Below, in pieces: positions 21,244 through 31,349 of a DNA stretch of 64,000 nucleotides. The notes beneath the pieces were generated by a model. It was not told the origin of the DNA and searched no databases. It worked only from the letters and a program-made list of their open reading frames with translations. The position numbers were made by a program, and so were the translations under genes. The number at the start of each line of letters is the position of its first letter. Position 1 is the first letter of the stretch. This DNA comes from Elusimicrobiota bacterium (GTDB lineage: Bacteria > Elusimicrobiota > Elusimicrobia > F11), in NCBI GenBank assembly GCA_044221725.1, contig JBGAON010000001.1, positions 768,001-832,000 on the forward strand, written 5' to 3'.

Positions 21244-22377
21244 ATGGCCAAGCGAGATTATTACGAAGTCCTCGGGGTATCGAAGGGCGCCACGCCGGAA
21301 CAGATAAAGGCCGCGTACCGTCAGCAGGCGATCAAGTACCATCCCGATAAAAATCAGGGCGACAAACAAGCCGAAGAAAAGTTCAAGGAATTGAACGAGG
21401 CTTATAGCGTGCTTTCGGATCCCGAAAAGAAAGGCGTCTATGATCAGTTCGGCCACGCGGGCGTCGAAGGCGCGACCGGTGCGGGCGGATTCCGCGGTGG
21501 CGCCGGAGGTCAAGGTTTCGGCGGATTCGGGGATCTCGGCGATATTTTTGGCGAGATGTTCGAGCAGGCGTTCAGCGGTCAGGGTCAGCGCGCTCAGCGT
21601 GGCGGTGGCCAGCCCGGACGTGACCTGCGCGTCGATCAGGAAGTGACGCTGCAGCAAGTTCTGACGGGAACCGACGTTACGCTCGACGTACCGAACTACG
21701 AAGCTTGCAGCAACTGCGCGGGCAGCGGAGCGAAACCTGGTACCGGGAAAAAACAGTGTCCCGATTGTCGCGGGCGCGGACAAGTTCGCGTGTCGCACGG
21801 ATTTTTCACGATGGCGCAAACGTGTCCGCGATGTCGCGGGTATGGGGAGATTATTGAAAATCCCTGTCCGCAGTGTTCGGGAGCCGGCCGGGTTCGCAAA
21901 AACAAAAAGGTAAAGGTTCGCATTCCGCCGGGAGTTGAGAACGGCACGACGCTGCGTATTGCGGGTTCCGGTGAGGCGGGCGAACGTGGGGCGCAAGCGG
22001 GAGATCTTTACGTGGTTGTGCACGTTGCAGAAGACAAACGCTTCGAGCGCGATGGTGCGAACCTCATCACGGACGTCACGATTTCGTTCCCGTTGGCCGC
22101 TCTCGGCGGCGAGATATCGGTCCCCTCGCTGGACGGGACGGTACGCTTAAAGATTCCGGCCGGAACTCAGCCCGGTGTTCATTTCCGCGTGGCTGGTCAC
22201 GGGCTCCCGCAGCTTAAGTCCCGTTCCAAGGGCGATTTGTATGTGCGCGTGCAAGTGAACGTGCCCAAGAAGCTATCGAAAGAGGAACGGAAAATGATTC
22301 ACGACTTAGCGATCAAGTTTGGAGAAACAAACATCTCGAACGACGAAGGAATGTTTAAGCGCGTCTTCGGCAGCTAA
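21244..22377 (+). CDS. dnaJ: Chaperone DnaJ
   Basis: J-domain HPD, G/F-rich region, four CxxCxGxG repeats. Confidence 0.98.
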   Translation: MAKRDYYEVLGVSKGATPEQIKAAYRQQAIKYHPDKNQGDKQAEEKFKELNEAYSVLSDPEKKGVYDQFGHAGVEGATGAGGFRGGAGGQGFGGFGDLGDIFGEMFEQAFSGQGQRAQRGGGQPGRDLRVDQEVTLQQVLTGTDVTLDVPNYEACSNCAGSGAKPGTGKKQCPDCRGRGQVRVSHGFFTMAQTCPRCRGYGEIIENPCPQCSGAGRVRKNKKVKVRIPPGVENGTTLRIAGSGEAGERGAQAGDLYVVVHVAEDKRFERDGANLITDVTISFPLAALGGEISVPSLDGTVRLKIPAGTQPGVHFRVAGHGLPQLKSRSKGDLYVRVQVNVPKKLSKEERKMIHDLAIKFGETNISNDEGMFKRVFGS

Positions 22378-22385
22378 CGTCTTTC

Positions 22386-23120
22386 ATGTCTCACATCTTT
22401 GTTCGTCCCGAAAATGTTGTCGGAAATACGTTCGTCCTCGATGAAAAAGAGTCGCATCACGTTTCAAAAGTTCTCCGAATAAAATCCGGCGAGACCGTCT
22501 CTCTATTTGATGGGGAAGGCGGACAATTCGAAGGTCAGCTCACCACCGTTACGCCAACCAAAGTAAAAGGGACGATCCTTCAAAAACTGGCAACAAAATC
22601 GAAGGCCACGTTTGTGACGTTGTTTCAAGGTTTGCCAAAAGGATCAAAACTCGATTACGTAATCGAAAAAGCAGTTGAGCTCGGGGTTGACCGCGTTGTT
22701 CCGTTCACGAGCAAGAAGAACCCTGTGCACGTCGACGACTTGAGCGAGGCAAAGAAAAGCCGCTACGAACGGGTTGCCGAAGCGGCCGCCAAGCAATGCG
22801 ATCGCCCATCCATTCCCAAAATCGGCGAACTCCGTAAGCTCGACGGGTTGGCCAGCGACGTACAGGAAGGCATGTCCTTGGTGTTTGTTCTCGACAAAAG
22901 CGCCGCGAGATTGCGGGATGTTCTGGCTCCCATCGCAGGCATTCCGCCCCAGAAAATTAACCTGTTTATTGGTCCCGAAAGCGGTTTTTCCGAGGACGAA
23001 ACCGCCTGGCTCACGGCCCACGGCGCAAAGCTGGTTTCCCTGGGCAATTTCACATTCCGCACCGAGACGGCCGGTCTTGTCGCTCTGGCGCTTGTGAATT
23101 ACGAACTCGGAAATCTTTAA
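22386..23120 (+). CDS. rsmE: 16S rRNA m3U1498 methyltransferase
   Basis: HVSKVLR, KAVELGV, AAKQC, IGPESGF, RTETA. Confidence 0.93.
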   Translation: MSHIFVRPENVVGNTFVLDEKESHHVSKVLRIKSGETVSLFDGEGGQFEGQLTTVTPTKVKGTILQKLATKSKATFVTLFQGLPKGSKLDYVIEKAVELGVDRVVPFTSKKNPVHVDDLSEAKKSRYERVAEAAAKQCDRPSIPKIGELRKLDGLASDVQEGMSLVFVLDKSAARLRDVLAPIAGIPPQKINLFIGPESGFSEDETAWLTAHGAKLVSLGNFTFRTETAGLVALALVNYELGNL

Positions 23121-23121
23121 T

Positions 23122-23174
23122 TTACAGATCGGTTACCTGTTCTTAAGAGATTCTTCCGTCCTCTTCGTTAAAAT
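23122..23174 (+). promoter_or_regulatory. Putative promoter with TTAC/CTTAA direct repeats
   Basis: TTACAGA-N4-TTACC-N3-TCTTAAG followed by TAAAAT at 23169; motif recurs at 25567. Confidence 0.5.
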
Positions 23175-23180
23175 CCCTGA

Positions 23181-25508
23181 ATGCGTTTTCCTTTTTTGAG
23201 GACCATTTGCTTTCTGATCACACCCGCCTATTTTTTTTCGAATGTTGCGTTTGGAGCCCTTACTGATTTTGACTCGTTGCAGCACTTAGGAAAACGAAAA
23301 GTCCTTTCTCCGTCTCGGCAAACGGGGCCAACGGTTTTCCATATTCAAGATGTTCACCACAATCCGGACGTGCAGCGAAATATTGCACGCACAATTGAAG
23401 AATTGAGACGCATTCGGAGCATTGATGCGGTCGCGCTCGAAGGCGCGTTTGAACCGGTTAACCTGTCCCATTTTCAAAAATTCACGGGTCGCGAAATCGT
23501 AGCGGCGGTCGCCGATCAAATGATGATGCAGAACGAAATTCCGGGGCCAATCTACGCGGCGTTGCGCGAGAAACATTTTCCACGGATCGTCGGGATCGAT
23601 GATCGCGAACATTACCGTTTGAACGTTGATGCGTATCGTGCTTCGCAGCACGGCGTACCATTTGCATTCCGAGAATTGGAAGCGGCGGAAAGCTGGCTTC
23701 AACAGAGAAAATCGAGCTTTTTCAATTCGAAACTTTCTTTGTTCGATTGCCACGTGCAAGCCTGTCGACGCCGAGGCCAACAATTCGATGACGTCAATTT
23801 GTTGTCCGCCTATTTTTCGCTTTGCAAAACCGAAGAAGAAAGGTGGCTGGTCCGAGCGTCCCGTAGAATGGAATTGGCGCGGAAGCTTGTGAGATTTTCG
23901 TTGCGAAGCGCCGAATGGCAGGAATACAAACGACTGTCTCGCGAATCCTTTCCGGCGCTCCGACCGCGGACTCTCGTACCGTTTGAAAAGTTTTACGAGC
24001 AAGCGGAACTTCGCGATGAACGCATGGCGCAAAATGTTTTAAAGGAAATTGCGCGTTCGAAGTTCACGACGAATAGCACGATAGCGTTGGTGGCGGGCGG
24101 TTTTCACACGTCGGGGATCGATCAGCGTTTGGTTGAGGCCGGTTGCCGCGTGGTCACTTTTGTTCCCAATATGCCAAAAGGCGGCACGAATGCCGGCAGT
24201 TCGTATTTGAACTTTCTTTTTCAGGACGACAAATCATTTTTGGCCGCGGAGCCACTGGCCCGTGAAACCGAACAGCTGATTTCAGAGCGTATTCTCGCAC
24301 GCGCTCTCCGTACGCGGTATCGATCGGAGGCGGTCCAACTGTTTCGAACGGTTCTCGGTCTCGGGACACGGTGCTGTATCGGAACGCTGCGAATCGCACG
24401 GCACTCGTTTGTGTTTGTCGGCCAACTTTCGAAAGCGTTTGTAATTTGGACCACATTTCGAGATAAGGCATTGCCGGACGAGCGAGTGTTCTCGGTTGAA
24501 ATTCCAAACGATCAATCGATTGATGCGGTTCAAAAATTGGCCACTACAACTGGAGACCAACTGGTCGATTGGTATGTGCGTACAATGAAACTATTTAATC
24601 CGAAAAACGATGAAGACCGTAAGCGGGTGCTCGAATGGATTTCGGCCCAACTTCGAAAGGCGGCGCAGTCAAAAATTATCTCTCCGTACGCGGTTATTGA
24701 TCATTTTTTTCATCCGATTGGCATTGCGGATCTCGATATTCTGTTGCCAAAGTATCCGTCGGCGCTGCGCGTTTTTTCTAAAGGATTCAAGAACATTCCT
24801 CTTTCCGGGAAGTTGTCCGACGAGGAATTTGTGCGGGAAGTTCTTGAGCATTTGATGAAGTTTCGAGTTCCGGGTAAACCGTTGAAGATTCTCGTCGCAG
24901 GAGGTGCCGGCGGAGGGAAAAGTACATTTGCAACGAATCTCGCCCGGGTGGCTGCATCGATCAATTTGAGGTCCAAATCAGAAAGCATGGATGCGTACCT
25001 TCTGTCGCGTCAGCAAAGACATGATAAAGGATTGGAAGGCTTGGCCATGTACGAACGCGACAAGGTCGGCGCCATGGTTGAGTCGCTTGCGAGCGAACGA
25101 CCGTTTTTCGGACGGACGGCCGACCGCAGGAAAGACATCAGGCGATACGAGGAAGTTGAAACCGACCCCAAGAATCTAGATCTCTATATTTTTGAAGGCG
25201 TTCTTTCGTTGGCCGACCAAGACTTACGAGAGGCATTCGACGTTGGAGTGTATGTCAACGAAAGCGACCAATATCGATTCCAAAATCGGCTCGACCGTGA
25301 TCCCGGTCTTAAAGGATACAGCGCGCTGATGATCGCGTGGACATTTGCTCAGACGCAACTCGACGAATTTCGTATGGCCCGTGACTCTATTCGGTACGCC
25401 TCATTGGTCGTCAAACCAATAAACCACGCCATCTACATTTCCAATCATCACTTGCATGATCTGAGAAAGGGGCCCGCGGAAATTCGCGGGGTACGGGTTG
25501 CCGCGTGA
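23181..25508 (+). CDS. Uncharacterised signal-peptide protein: N-domain shared with the giant protein plus C-terminal uridine kinase/PRK-like P-loop domain
   Basis: N-terminal motifs QDVH, ALEGA, GIDD, GGFHT; C-terminal motifs VAGGAGGGKST, MDAY, IFEGV, RFQNRLDRD. Confidence 0.75.
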   Translation: MRFPFLRTICFLITPAYFFSNVAFGALTDFDSLQHLGKRKVLSPSRQTGPTVFHIQDVHHNPDVQRNIARTIEELRRIRSIDAVALEGAFEPVNLSHFQKFTGREIVAAVADQMMMQNEIPGPIYAALREKHFPRIVGIDDREHYRLNVDAYRASQHGVPFAFRELEAAESWLQQRKSSFFNSKLSLFDCHVQACRRRGQQFDDVNLLSAYFSLCKTEEERWLVRASRRMELARKLVRFSLRSAEWQEYKRLSRESFPALRPRTLVPFEKFYEQAELRDERMAQNVLKEIARSKFTTNSTIALVAGGFHTSGIDQRLVEAGCRVVTFVPNMPKGGTNAGSSYLNFLFQDDKSFLAAEPLARETEQLISERILARALRTRYRSEAVQLFRTVLGLGTRCCIGTLRIARHSFVFVGQLSKAFVIWTTFRDKALPDERVFSVEIPNDQSIDAVQKLATTTGDQLVDWYVRTMKLFNPKNDEDRKRVLEWISAQLRKAAQSKIISPYAVIDHFFHPIGIADLDILLPKYPSALRVFSKGFKNIPLSGKLSDEEFVREVLEHLMKFRVPGKPLKILVAGGAGGGKSTFATNLARVAASINLRSKSESMDAYLLSRQQRHDKGLEGLAMYERDKVGAMVESLASERPFFGRTADRRKDIRRYEEVETDPKNLDLYIFEGVLSLADQDLREAFDVGVYVNESDQYRFQNRLDRDPGLKGYSALMIAWTFAQTQLDEFRMARDSIRYASLVVKPINHAIYISNHHLHDLRKGPAEIRGVRVAA

Positions 25509-25566
25509 TAAAAAAGGTATTTTGGGGCTGCCTTTATCAAAAATACAGGCCTGAACGCTAAAAACG

Positions 25567-25602
25567 TTACAGAAATTTTACCGAATCTTAAGGCGAGCTT
25601 AA
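25567..25602 (+). promoter_or_regulatory. Second copy of the TTAC/CTTAA repeat motif, upstream of mtaB
   Basis: TTACAGA-N4-TTACC-N3-TCTTAAG-N5-CTTAA, same spacing as at 23122. Confidence 0.5.
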
Positions 25603-25633
25603 TCCGATGACGACAACACTAAATCCAGTTAAG

Positions 25634-25660
25634 CCCTGCTTCGCCGATGGCTACGCAGGG
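25634..25660. repeat. Short palindromic hairpin element
   Basis: CCCTGCTTCGCCGATGGCTACGCAGGG. Confidence 0.5.
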
Positions 25661-25680
25661 TTCGTTCGCAAGGAAAGCGA

Positions 25681-26916
25681 ATGAAAATTTGGTCTTTCAC
25701 ATTTGGTTGCAAAGTCAACCAATACGAAACAGAGTTGCTGCGGCACCGTCTAACGGGGCCGGGCGATATTCATGTGCAGAAACCCGAAGATGCGGATCTG
25801 TGTTTGATTAATTCGTGCAGCGTAACAGCCTTCGCGGACAAGGAATGCCGGCAGTTGGTTCGGAAAGTTTTGCGGTCAAACCCGACGGCGCGAACGATTG
25901 TGACCGGTTGTTACGCGACCCGCGCGCCGGAGGAGATTCAGAAGATTTCGGATCGCATCGAGATCTATACGAATCAGGAAAAGGACGAATTGCCGTCGTG
26001 TGTCGGGTTCGAAGTGAGCCAGCAGCCGCTCGGTATTCATCAGTTTGCGGGTCGGACGCGGGCGTTCTTAAAGGTTCAAGACGGCTGCCAGGCGCCGTGC
26101 AATTACTGCATTATTCCGACGGTGCGGCCGGACATGTGGAGCAAACCTGTGGACCAAGTTTTAACGGAAGCAAAAGCGCTCTTGGCGAACGGGTATCAGG
26201 AAATCGTTTTAACGGGGATCCGACTCGGGTTGTACCGGAGCAAAACGGAAGGGGGCAGCAAGCATGACTTGCTCGAACTCCTAAAAGCGCTGGTCGCGAT
26301 CCCCGGAAAATTTCGCATTCGGTTGTCGTCGTTGGAAGTGACCGAGGTGACGGACAAACTGATCGATTACGTCGCCCAAGAACCAAAGATTTGTCGGCAC
26401 TTCCACATCCCGATGCAATCGGGATCCACGCCGGTGTTGAAAGCGATGCAGCGCTGGTACAACGTGGATTTTTACAAAGAGCGCGTGCGCGCGGTGCGAC
26501 GGAAATTGCCGGACTGCGGTTTAACAGCGGACGTTATGGTCGGTTACCCGACGGAGACGCCTGAACAATTTGAAGAAACGGTCCGTAACATAGAGGAAAT
26601 GGAATTGTCGGGGCTGCATGTGTTTCGGTTCTCGGCCCGCGAGACAACAAAGGCCGCGCAGCTAAAACCGCTGGATCCGCGGATTGTGACCGAACGAGCG
26701 AAGCGACTCGGTGAGGTCGACAAAGTTTTAAGAGAGAATTTTTACCGCCGGTTTGAAGGGACGCAACGCGAAGTGTTGCCGGAACCGACGGGCGAGGCGT
26801 GGACGGACAACTACATTCGCGTGGACGTTCCGTTAAGCGAAGTCAAATTTGGTCTTTCACATAGACGGGTGGAATCGTCACAGTTCGTCGAAAAAATTGC
26901 ATTGGGGGCCGTGTGA
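25681..26916 (+). CDS. mtaB: tRNA t6A methylthiotransferase
   Basis: FGCKVNQYE, NSCSVT, TGCYA, CQAPCNYC; usual neighbour of rsmE. Confidence 0.9.
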   Translation: MKIWSFTFGCKVNQYETELLRHRLTGPGDIHVQKPEDADLCLINSCSVTAFADKECRQLVRKVLRSNPTARTIVTGCYATRAPEEIQKISDRIEIYTNQEKDELPSCVGFEVSQQPLGIHQFAGRTRAFLKVQDGCQAPCNYCIIPTVRPDMWSKPVDQVLTEAKALLANGYQEIVLTGIRLGLYRSKTEGGSKHDLLELLKALVAIPGKFRIRLSSLEVTEVTDKLIDYVAQEPKICRHFHIPMQSGSTPVLKAMQRWYNVDFYKERVRAVRRKLPDCGLTADVMVGYPTETPEQFEETVRNIEEMELSGLHVFRFSARETTKAAQLKPLDPRIVTERAKRLGEVDKVLRENFYRRFEGTQREVLPEPTGEAWTDNYIRVDVPLSEVKFGLSHRRVESSQFVEKIALGAV

Positions 26917-27257
26917 CCGAGTGTATTTTTTGTAAAATCGTCGCCGGCCAAATCAAGGCCAATGTGGTGTTAGACGACCAACGCGTGATGGCTTTCCGGG
27001 ATGTAAACCCCAAAGCTCCCGTCCACATACTCATCATTCCCAAGAAACATATAGAGCGGTTTTCAGTAATGCCCGAGAGCGATCTCGATTTGCTCGCGGA
27101 CATTCAACGCGCCGTTAAGAAAATTGCGGCTCAAGAGAAGATTTCAGAAAAAGGTTTTCGCTTGATCACAAACAACGGGAAGGATGCGGGTCAGACGGTT
27201 GATCACATGCATTTTCACATGTTGGGCGGCAAGGCAATGTCCTGGCAGCCCGTATAA
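26913..27257 (+). CDS. HIT family nucleotide-binding protein
   Basis: CIFCKI, HMHFHMLGG. Confidence 0.93.
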   Translation: MTECIFCKIVAGQIKANVVLDDQRVMAFRDVNPKAPVHILIIPKKHIERFSVMPESDLDLLADIQRAVKKIAAQEKISEKGFRLITNNGKDAGQTVDHMHFHMLGGKAMSWQPV

Positions 27258-27278
27258 AAAGGATGGTGATGTTTCACT

Positions 27279-27479
27279 GTGGTTTTAGTTAAGTTACGAG
27301 ATAACGAAACAATCGAAGATGCTCTCCGCCGCTTCAAACGCGAATGCGAACGAAACGGAATTATGCAAGAGATCAAACGTCGAGAGTATTTCGAATCGCC
27401 CGCTGTTCGGAAAAAACGAAAAGCGGCCGAAGCGCGACGCAAATTAAAGCGTCGAATGATGCGGCAGAAACGGCGATAA
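27279..27479 (+). CDS. rpsU: 30S ribosomal protein S21
   Basis: ALRRFKR, REYFESP; basic 66-aa protein. Confidence 0.95.
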   Translation: MVLVKLRDNETIEDALRRFKRECERNGIMQEIKRREYFESPAVRKKRKAAEARRKLKRRMMRQKRR

Positions 27480-27509
27480 ATACCTCACAATAAATCTAGA
27501 AAAGCAGCA

Positions 27510-27554
27510 CGAAACCCGCGTTCCAGAGGTGAAGCCAACGGAATGCGGGTTTCG
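27510..27554 (+). terminator. Stem-loop between rpsU and dnaG (terminator/attenuator)
   Basis: CGAAACCCGCGTTCC...GGAATGCGGGTTTCG; weak U-tract. Confidence 0.6.
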
Positions 27555-27570
27555 CGTTCTAAGAGAGAAT

Positions 27571-29379
27571 ATGTTCAACCGAGAGCAAATTGATCAGGTG
27601 CGGTCGCGTGCCGACATCGTCGAAGTGATTCGCGAATATGTTCCGTCGCTGAAAGCGTCGGGCCGGTCGGTAAAAGGGTTGTGTCCGTTTCATAGCGAGC
27701 GAACGCCGTCATTTTATGTGCATCCGGAAAAGGGCTTGTTCAAATGTTTCGGGTGCGGCGAGTCGGGCGATGTGATCGCGTTTATCTCGAAGATGGAGCA
27801 GTTGACGTTTTCGGAAGCGTTGCGGCTGCTGGCGGAACGCACCGGCGTGCGATTGGAAGAAGACAAATTTCAGCAGAAAAGGGAACCCGAAGGAATTCGC
27901 GAAAAGGTTTACCGGGTTCTTGAAGCCGCATCAAAGATTTACGAAGACCAGTTGTGGGACGACCGATTGGGGCAGCCGGCGCGGTCGTATTTGGATGAAC
28001 GATTTATTTCGGACGATACGCGGCAAGCGTTTCACCTGGGATTCGCGGCGCACACCGGTGGCGGGGTTTTTGAAACGCTGGTCAAGAAAGGTTTTGCAAT
28101 AGAGTTGTGCCAACAAGCGGGGCTTGTGGCGCGGTCGAACAGCGGTCGGTTTTACGATCCCATGTTCGGTCGACTGATCTTTCCCATATTTGATTCGTTC
28201 GGGCATGTGATTGGATTCGGCGGTCGCGTGCTGCCACAAACCAAGAAACATTTCCTGGGCGGCGACGTTGAAGAAGACAAAGGTCCAAAATATTTGAACT
28301 CTCCGGAAACACCGGTGTTTTCTAAGGGGAAGTCGCTGTACGGACTTTTGCAGGCGAAACAAAGTATTTTGGCCTCTCGTCGCGCGGTGATTCTCGAAGG
28401 ATACATGGACGTGATTGGCGTGCATCAAGGCGGCGTGACAAACGCCGTGGCAACACTCGGAACCGCGTTTACCCGTGATCATGCGAAAGTACTGAAGCGT
28501 TACGCGAGCGACGTTACGGCGTTCTTCGACCCGGACGCGGCCGGCGAACAAGCCGCGATGCGTAGCTTGGAGCCGATGATTCAAGAAGATTTTTATCCGC
28601 GCGTTGTCATGACAGACGAAACCGGCGACCCCGACGAGATCATTCACGAGAAAGGCAAAGAGTTTTTTGAACAGCTGATTGAAAAGGCACCGGACTTCTT
28701 GGGGTTTGTGGAGCGCGTAACGGGCGCAGGAAAAGACGCTCCGTTAGATAAGAAGTCGGAGGCGGCGATGAAAGTGTTGGCGCTGATCGCGCAAACACCA
28801 AATGAAATTTTGAAGTCGGAATGGACGGCGCGGTTAGCAGCGGATCTGGGGCTGCGTGTGGAATCGCTCCAGGAACAATTAAAAAAGAAAGCGGTGGCCC
28901 GGTCGGTGTTGAGCAGCACGCCGGCGCCGAAGCCGATAAAAAAGGAACGAACGTTCCCGTCGGCCGAAGAAGAGATTTTGGTTTTGCTGATGAGCGAGCC
29001 GCGGTTTTTAAAAGAAACAGAGTTGCGAGCAGAAGATTTCACAACGGAACGCGAGCGGCGGCTTTTCGCAAAGATGTCGGAACAATTTTTGAATACCGGG
29101 GCACTGTCAATCCCAAAATTGGTGGACGACGTGACCGAAGCAGAAAAGGACTGGGTGGTTCGAATGTCGCTCGATGAGCACGAGTTTGAAGACCCGGCCG
29201 ATCGTTACAATCAGTTGGTCCGCAGCGTACGCTTAAAAAAAGAAAAGCAACGCCTGCAGGAGCTAAGTCGCAGCATTGCCGCGGGAACCGCGGCGATGGA
29301 TGTACAAATGGAATACAAGGATTTATTGCGCCGCATCAAAGGCACAGCGAGCGACGCGAAGGGAATGGTGACGAAATGA
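27571..29379 (+). CDS. dnaG: DNA primase
   Basis: CPFH...CFGC zinc finger, [21 protein letters not shown]; start ATG 27571. Confidence 0.97.
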   Translation: MFNREQIDQVRSRADIVEVIREYVPSLKASGRSVKGLCPFHSERTPSFYVHPEKGLFKCFGCGESGDVIAFISKMEQLTFSEALRLLAERTGVRLEEDKFQQKREPEGIREKVYRVLEAASKIYEDQLWDDRLGQPARSYLDERFISDDTRQAFHLGFAAHTGGGVFETLVKKGFAIELCQQAGLVARSNSGRFYDPMFGRLIFPIFDSFGHVIGFGGRVLPQTKKHFLGGDVEEDKGPKYLNSPETPVFSKGKSLYGLLQAKQSILASRRAVILEGYMDVIGVHQGGVTNAVATLGTAFTRDHAKVLKRYASDVTAFFDPDAAGEQAAMRSLEPMIQEDFYPRVVMTDETGDPDEIIHEKGKEFFEQLIEKAPDFLGFVERVTGAGKDAPLDKKSEAAMKVLALIAQTPNEILKSEWTARLAADLGLRVESLQEQLKKKAVARSVLSSTPAPKPIKKERTFPSAEEEILVLLMSEPRFLKETELRAEDFTTERERRLFAKMSEQFLNTGALSIPKLVDDVTEAEKDWVVRMSLDEHEFEDPADRYNQLVRSVRLKKEKQRLQELSRSIAAGTAAMDVQMEYKDLLRRIKGTASDAKGMVTK

Positions 29380-31109
29380 TCCAACAACATAACAAGTCCA
29401 TCATCGACAACGACGTGTTGATGAAAGGGCTTATTACGCAGGGCAAAGAAGCCGGGTATATCACGTATGAGGAAATCATGCGCCGGCTGCCGGAAAACAC
29501 AACTCCGGAAGACTTGGACAATTTCTTCGGGCAGCTCGAAGAAATGGGCATCCAAGTGTTGGAAGCCGAAGATTCGGGCCGCAAGCCGGCCGCCTCGGAA
29601 GGCGCGCCGCAGCCAGAAGTCGAACTCGATACGCAAAATTCCATCCGCATGTACCTGTCGGAAATGGGGCGGGTGCCGCTGTTAACGCGCGAACAAGAAG
29701 TGACGCTGTCGCGAAATATTAAGGAACACGAAAAAGATCTGCGCCTGCTGGTGCTTCAGTCGCCGATCACGCTCCGTGAAATCAGCAACTGGCAGACGCT
29801 GCTTGAGCAAGACGAAATGACGCCAAAAGAACTCATGCCGCGCGGTCGCAAAACGTCCGCTGAGCTCAATCGCATGAAGCTCAAAGTGAAGCAGGTCGCC
29901 GGGTCCATTCAGAAGAGCGAGAAAGTCATTAACAACTTGGACGAGAAACTCCAAGCGCCGAACTTGTCGATCAAAGCGAAGATGAAGTTGCAGTTGTTGG
30001 CCGATCAAGAGCGCAAGCACATCGTTAACGAAATTATCAGCTTGAACTTAAACCAAGACAAAATCAAACGTCTGACGAACAAGATCAAAACGATTGCTTT
30101 GAAAATCCGTGAGTGTGAAGACGAGCTCGAACGCTACGAAAAGCGGCTTAATATGCCGCACGCGGAACTCCAGGCGATCTACAACAAAGTGCTCGCGAAG
30201 AAAGTAACGCCGTCCGCCTTCAAGAAACTCACCGGTTACACGCTGACCGGTATCGAGTCGACGATGGAGAACATCAAAAACGTGGAAAACCGTCGCACGC
30301 GCATTTTGCAGGTGCTGCCGGTCACGCGCGACAACATCATTGACTTGGATGTGAAGATTCGCGACTTGGAAGAAGCAATTCTCAAAGACAAATTGAAACT
30401 CATTCGCGCGAACCTGCGCCTTGTGGTTTCGATTGCGAAAAAGCACGTCGGTGCATCGAACTTGGAATTACCGGACTTAATTCAAGAAGGGGGGCTGGGA
30501 CTCATCAAAGCCGTTGAGAAGTTCGAATGGCGTCGCGGTTTCAAATTCTCGACCTACGCAACCTGGTGGATTCGCCAATCCATCAATCGCGCGATCGCGG
30601 ACCAGGCTCGCACCATCCGCATTCCGGTGCACATGAAGGAAATTATTTCGAAACTCACGAAGGTAGCCCGCAAATCGCGTCAGGAATTGGGTCGCGATCC
30701 AACGCTCGAAGAATATTCGAAGGCGCTGCGTCTATCGATGGACAAAGTGCGCGGCATTCTGCGAATTATGCAGGACCCGGTTTCGCTTGCGACACCCGTC
30801 GGTGAAGAGGAAGATTCGTCTCTCGAAGAATTCATTGAGGACGAGGCCAGTTCGGAACCGTCCGAAGGTGCACAGGATTTCCTGCGGCACCGCGAAGTGG
30901 AACGCGCGCTTTCGACGCTCAGCGAACGCGAAGCTCAGATCATCCGCTTGCGGTTTGGTATCGGCACGGGTTATCCGCGCACGCTCGAAGAATTGGGCCG
31001 CATCTTCAACGTGACCCGCGAACGCGTTCGTCAAATCGAAGCGAAAGCAATCCGCAAACTGCGCCACCCATCGCGCAGCCGGGTGCTGAAAGAATACTTG
31101 GACAATTAA
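29376..31109 (+). CDS. rpoD: RNA polymerase primary sigma factor
   Basis: Regions 1.1/1.2 (IRMYLSEMG), [29 protein letters not shown]. Confidence 0.97.
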   Translation: MIQQHNKSIIDNDVLMKGLITQGKEAGYITYEEIMRRLPENTTPEDLDNFFGQLEEMGIQVLEAEDSGRKPAASEGAPQPEVELDTQNSIRMYLSEMGRVPLLTREQEVTLSRNIKEHEKDLRLLVLQSPITLREISNWQTLLEQDEMTPKELMPRGRKTSAELNRMKLKVKQVAGSIQKSEKVINNLDEKLQAPNLSIKAKMKLQLLADQERKHIVNEIISLNLNQDKIKRLTNKIKTIALKIRECEDELERYEKRLNMPHAELQAIYNKVLAKKVTPSAFKKLTGYTLTGIESTMENIKNVENRRTRILQVLPVTRDNIIDLDVKIRDLEEAILKDKLKLIRANLRLVVSIAKKHVGASNLELPDLIQEGGLGLIKAVEKFEWRRGFKFSTYATWWIRQSINRAIADQARTIRIPVHMKEIISKLTKVARKSRQELGRDPTLEEYSKALRLSMDKVRGILRIMQDPVSLATPVGEEEDSSLEEFIEDEASSEPSEGAQDFLRHREVERALSTLSEREAQIIRLRFGIGTGYPRTLEELGRIFNVTRERVRQIEAKAIRKLRHPSRSRVLKEYLDN

Positions 31110-31115
31110 GGAAGA

Positions 31116-31232
31116 CCCCACCCAACCCTCCCCATTGACGAAGAATGGGGAGGGCCCACTTTCCTACGCACTCTGCACAGCAACGCAGTTTTTTCCTCCC
31201 CATGTCTCCTCAATGGGGAGGGTAGGGTGGGG
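31116..31232. repeat. REP/MITE-like palindromic element, family A copy 2
   Basis: CCCCACCCAACCCTCCCCATT...AATGGGGAGGGTAGGGTGGGG. Confidence 0.85.
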
Positions 31233-31244
31233 AAAAAGTTATCC

Positions 31245-31288
31245 AACCCCTCGTGAAATCACCTGATTTTACGAGGGGTTTTGTTTTT
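31245..31288 (+). terminator. Rho-independent terminator after rpoD
   Basis: AACCCCTCGTGAAATC-acct-GATTTTACGAGGGGTT followed by TTGTTTTT. Confidence 0.8.
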
Positions 31289-31295
31289 CAGGGCT

Positions 31296-31323
31296 TCTTA
31301 ACGTGATCTTAATGCGCCCTTAA
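31296..31323 (+). promoter_or_regulatory. Three CTTAA direct repeats at 11-bp period upstream of the giant gene
   Basis: TCTTAAcgtgatCTTAAtgcgccCTTAA. Confidence 0.55.
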
Positions 31324-31349
31324 TAAAAGTACAGTTATATACGTTGGAT

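Noticed and set aside
19335..22023. Long minus-strand ORFs (264, 369 and 334 aa) opposite dnaK/dnaJ
   Set aside because: Antisense shadows of highly conserved, codon-biased genes; no independent motifs.
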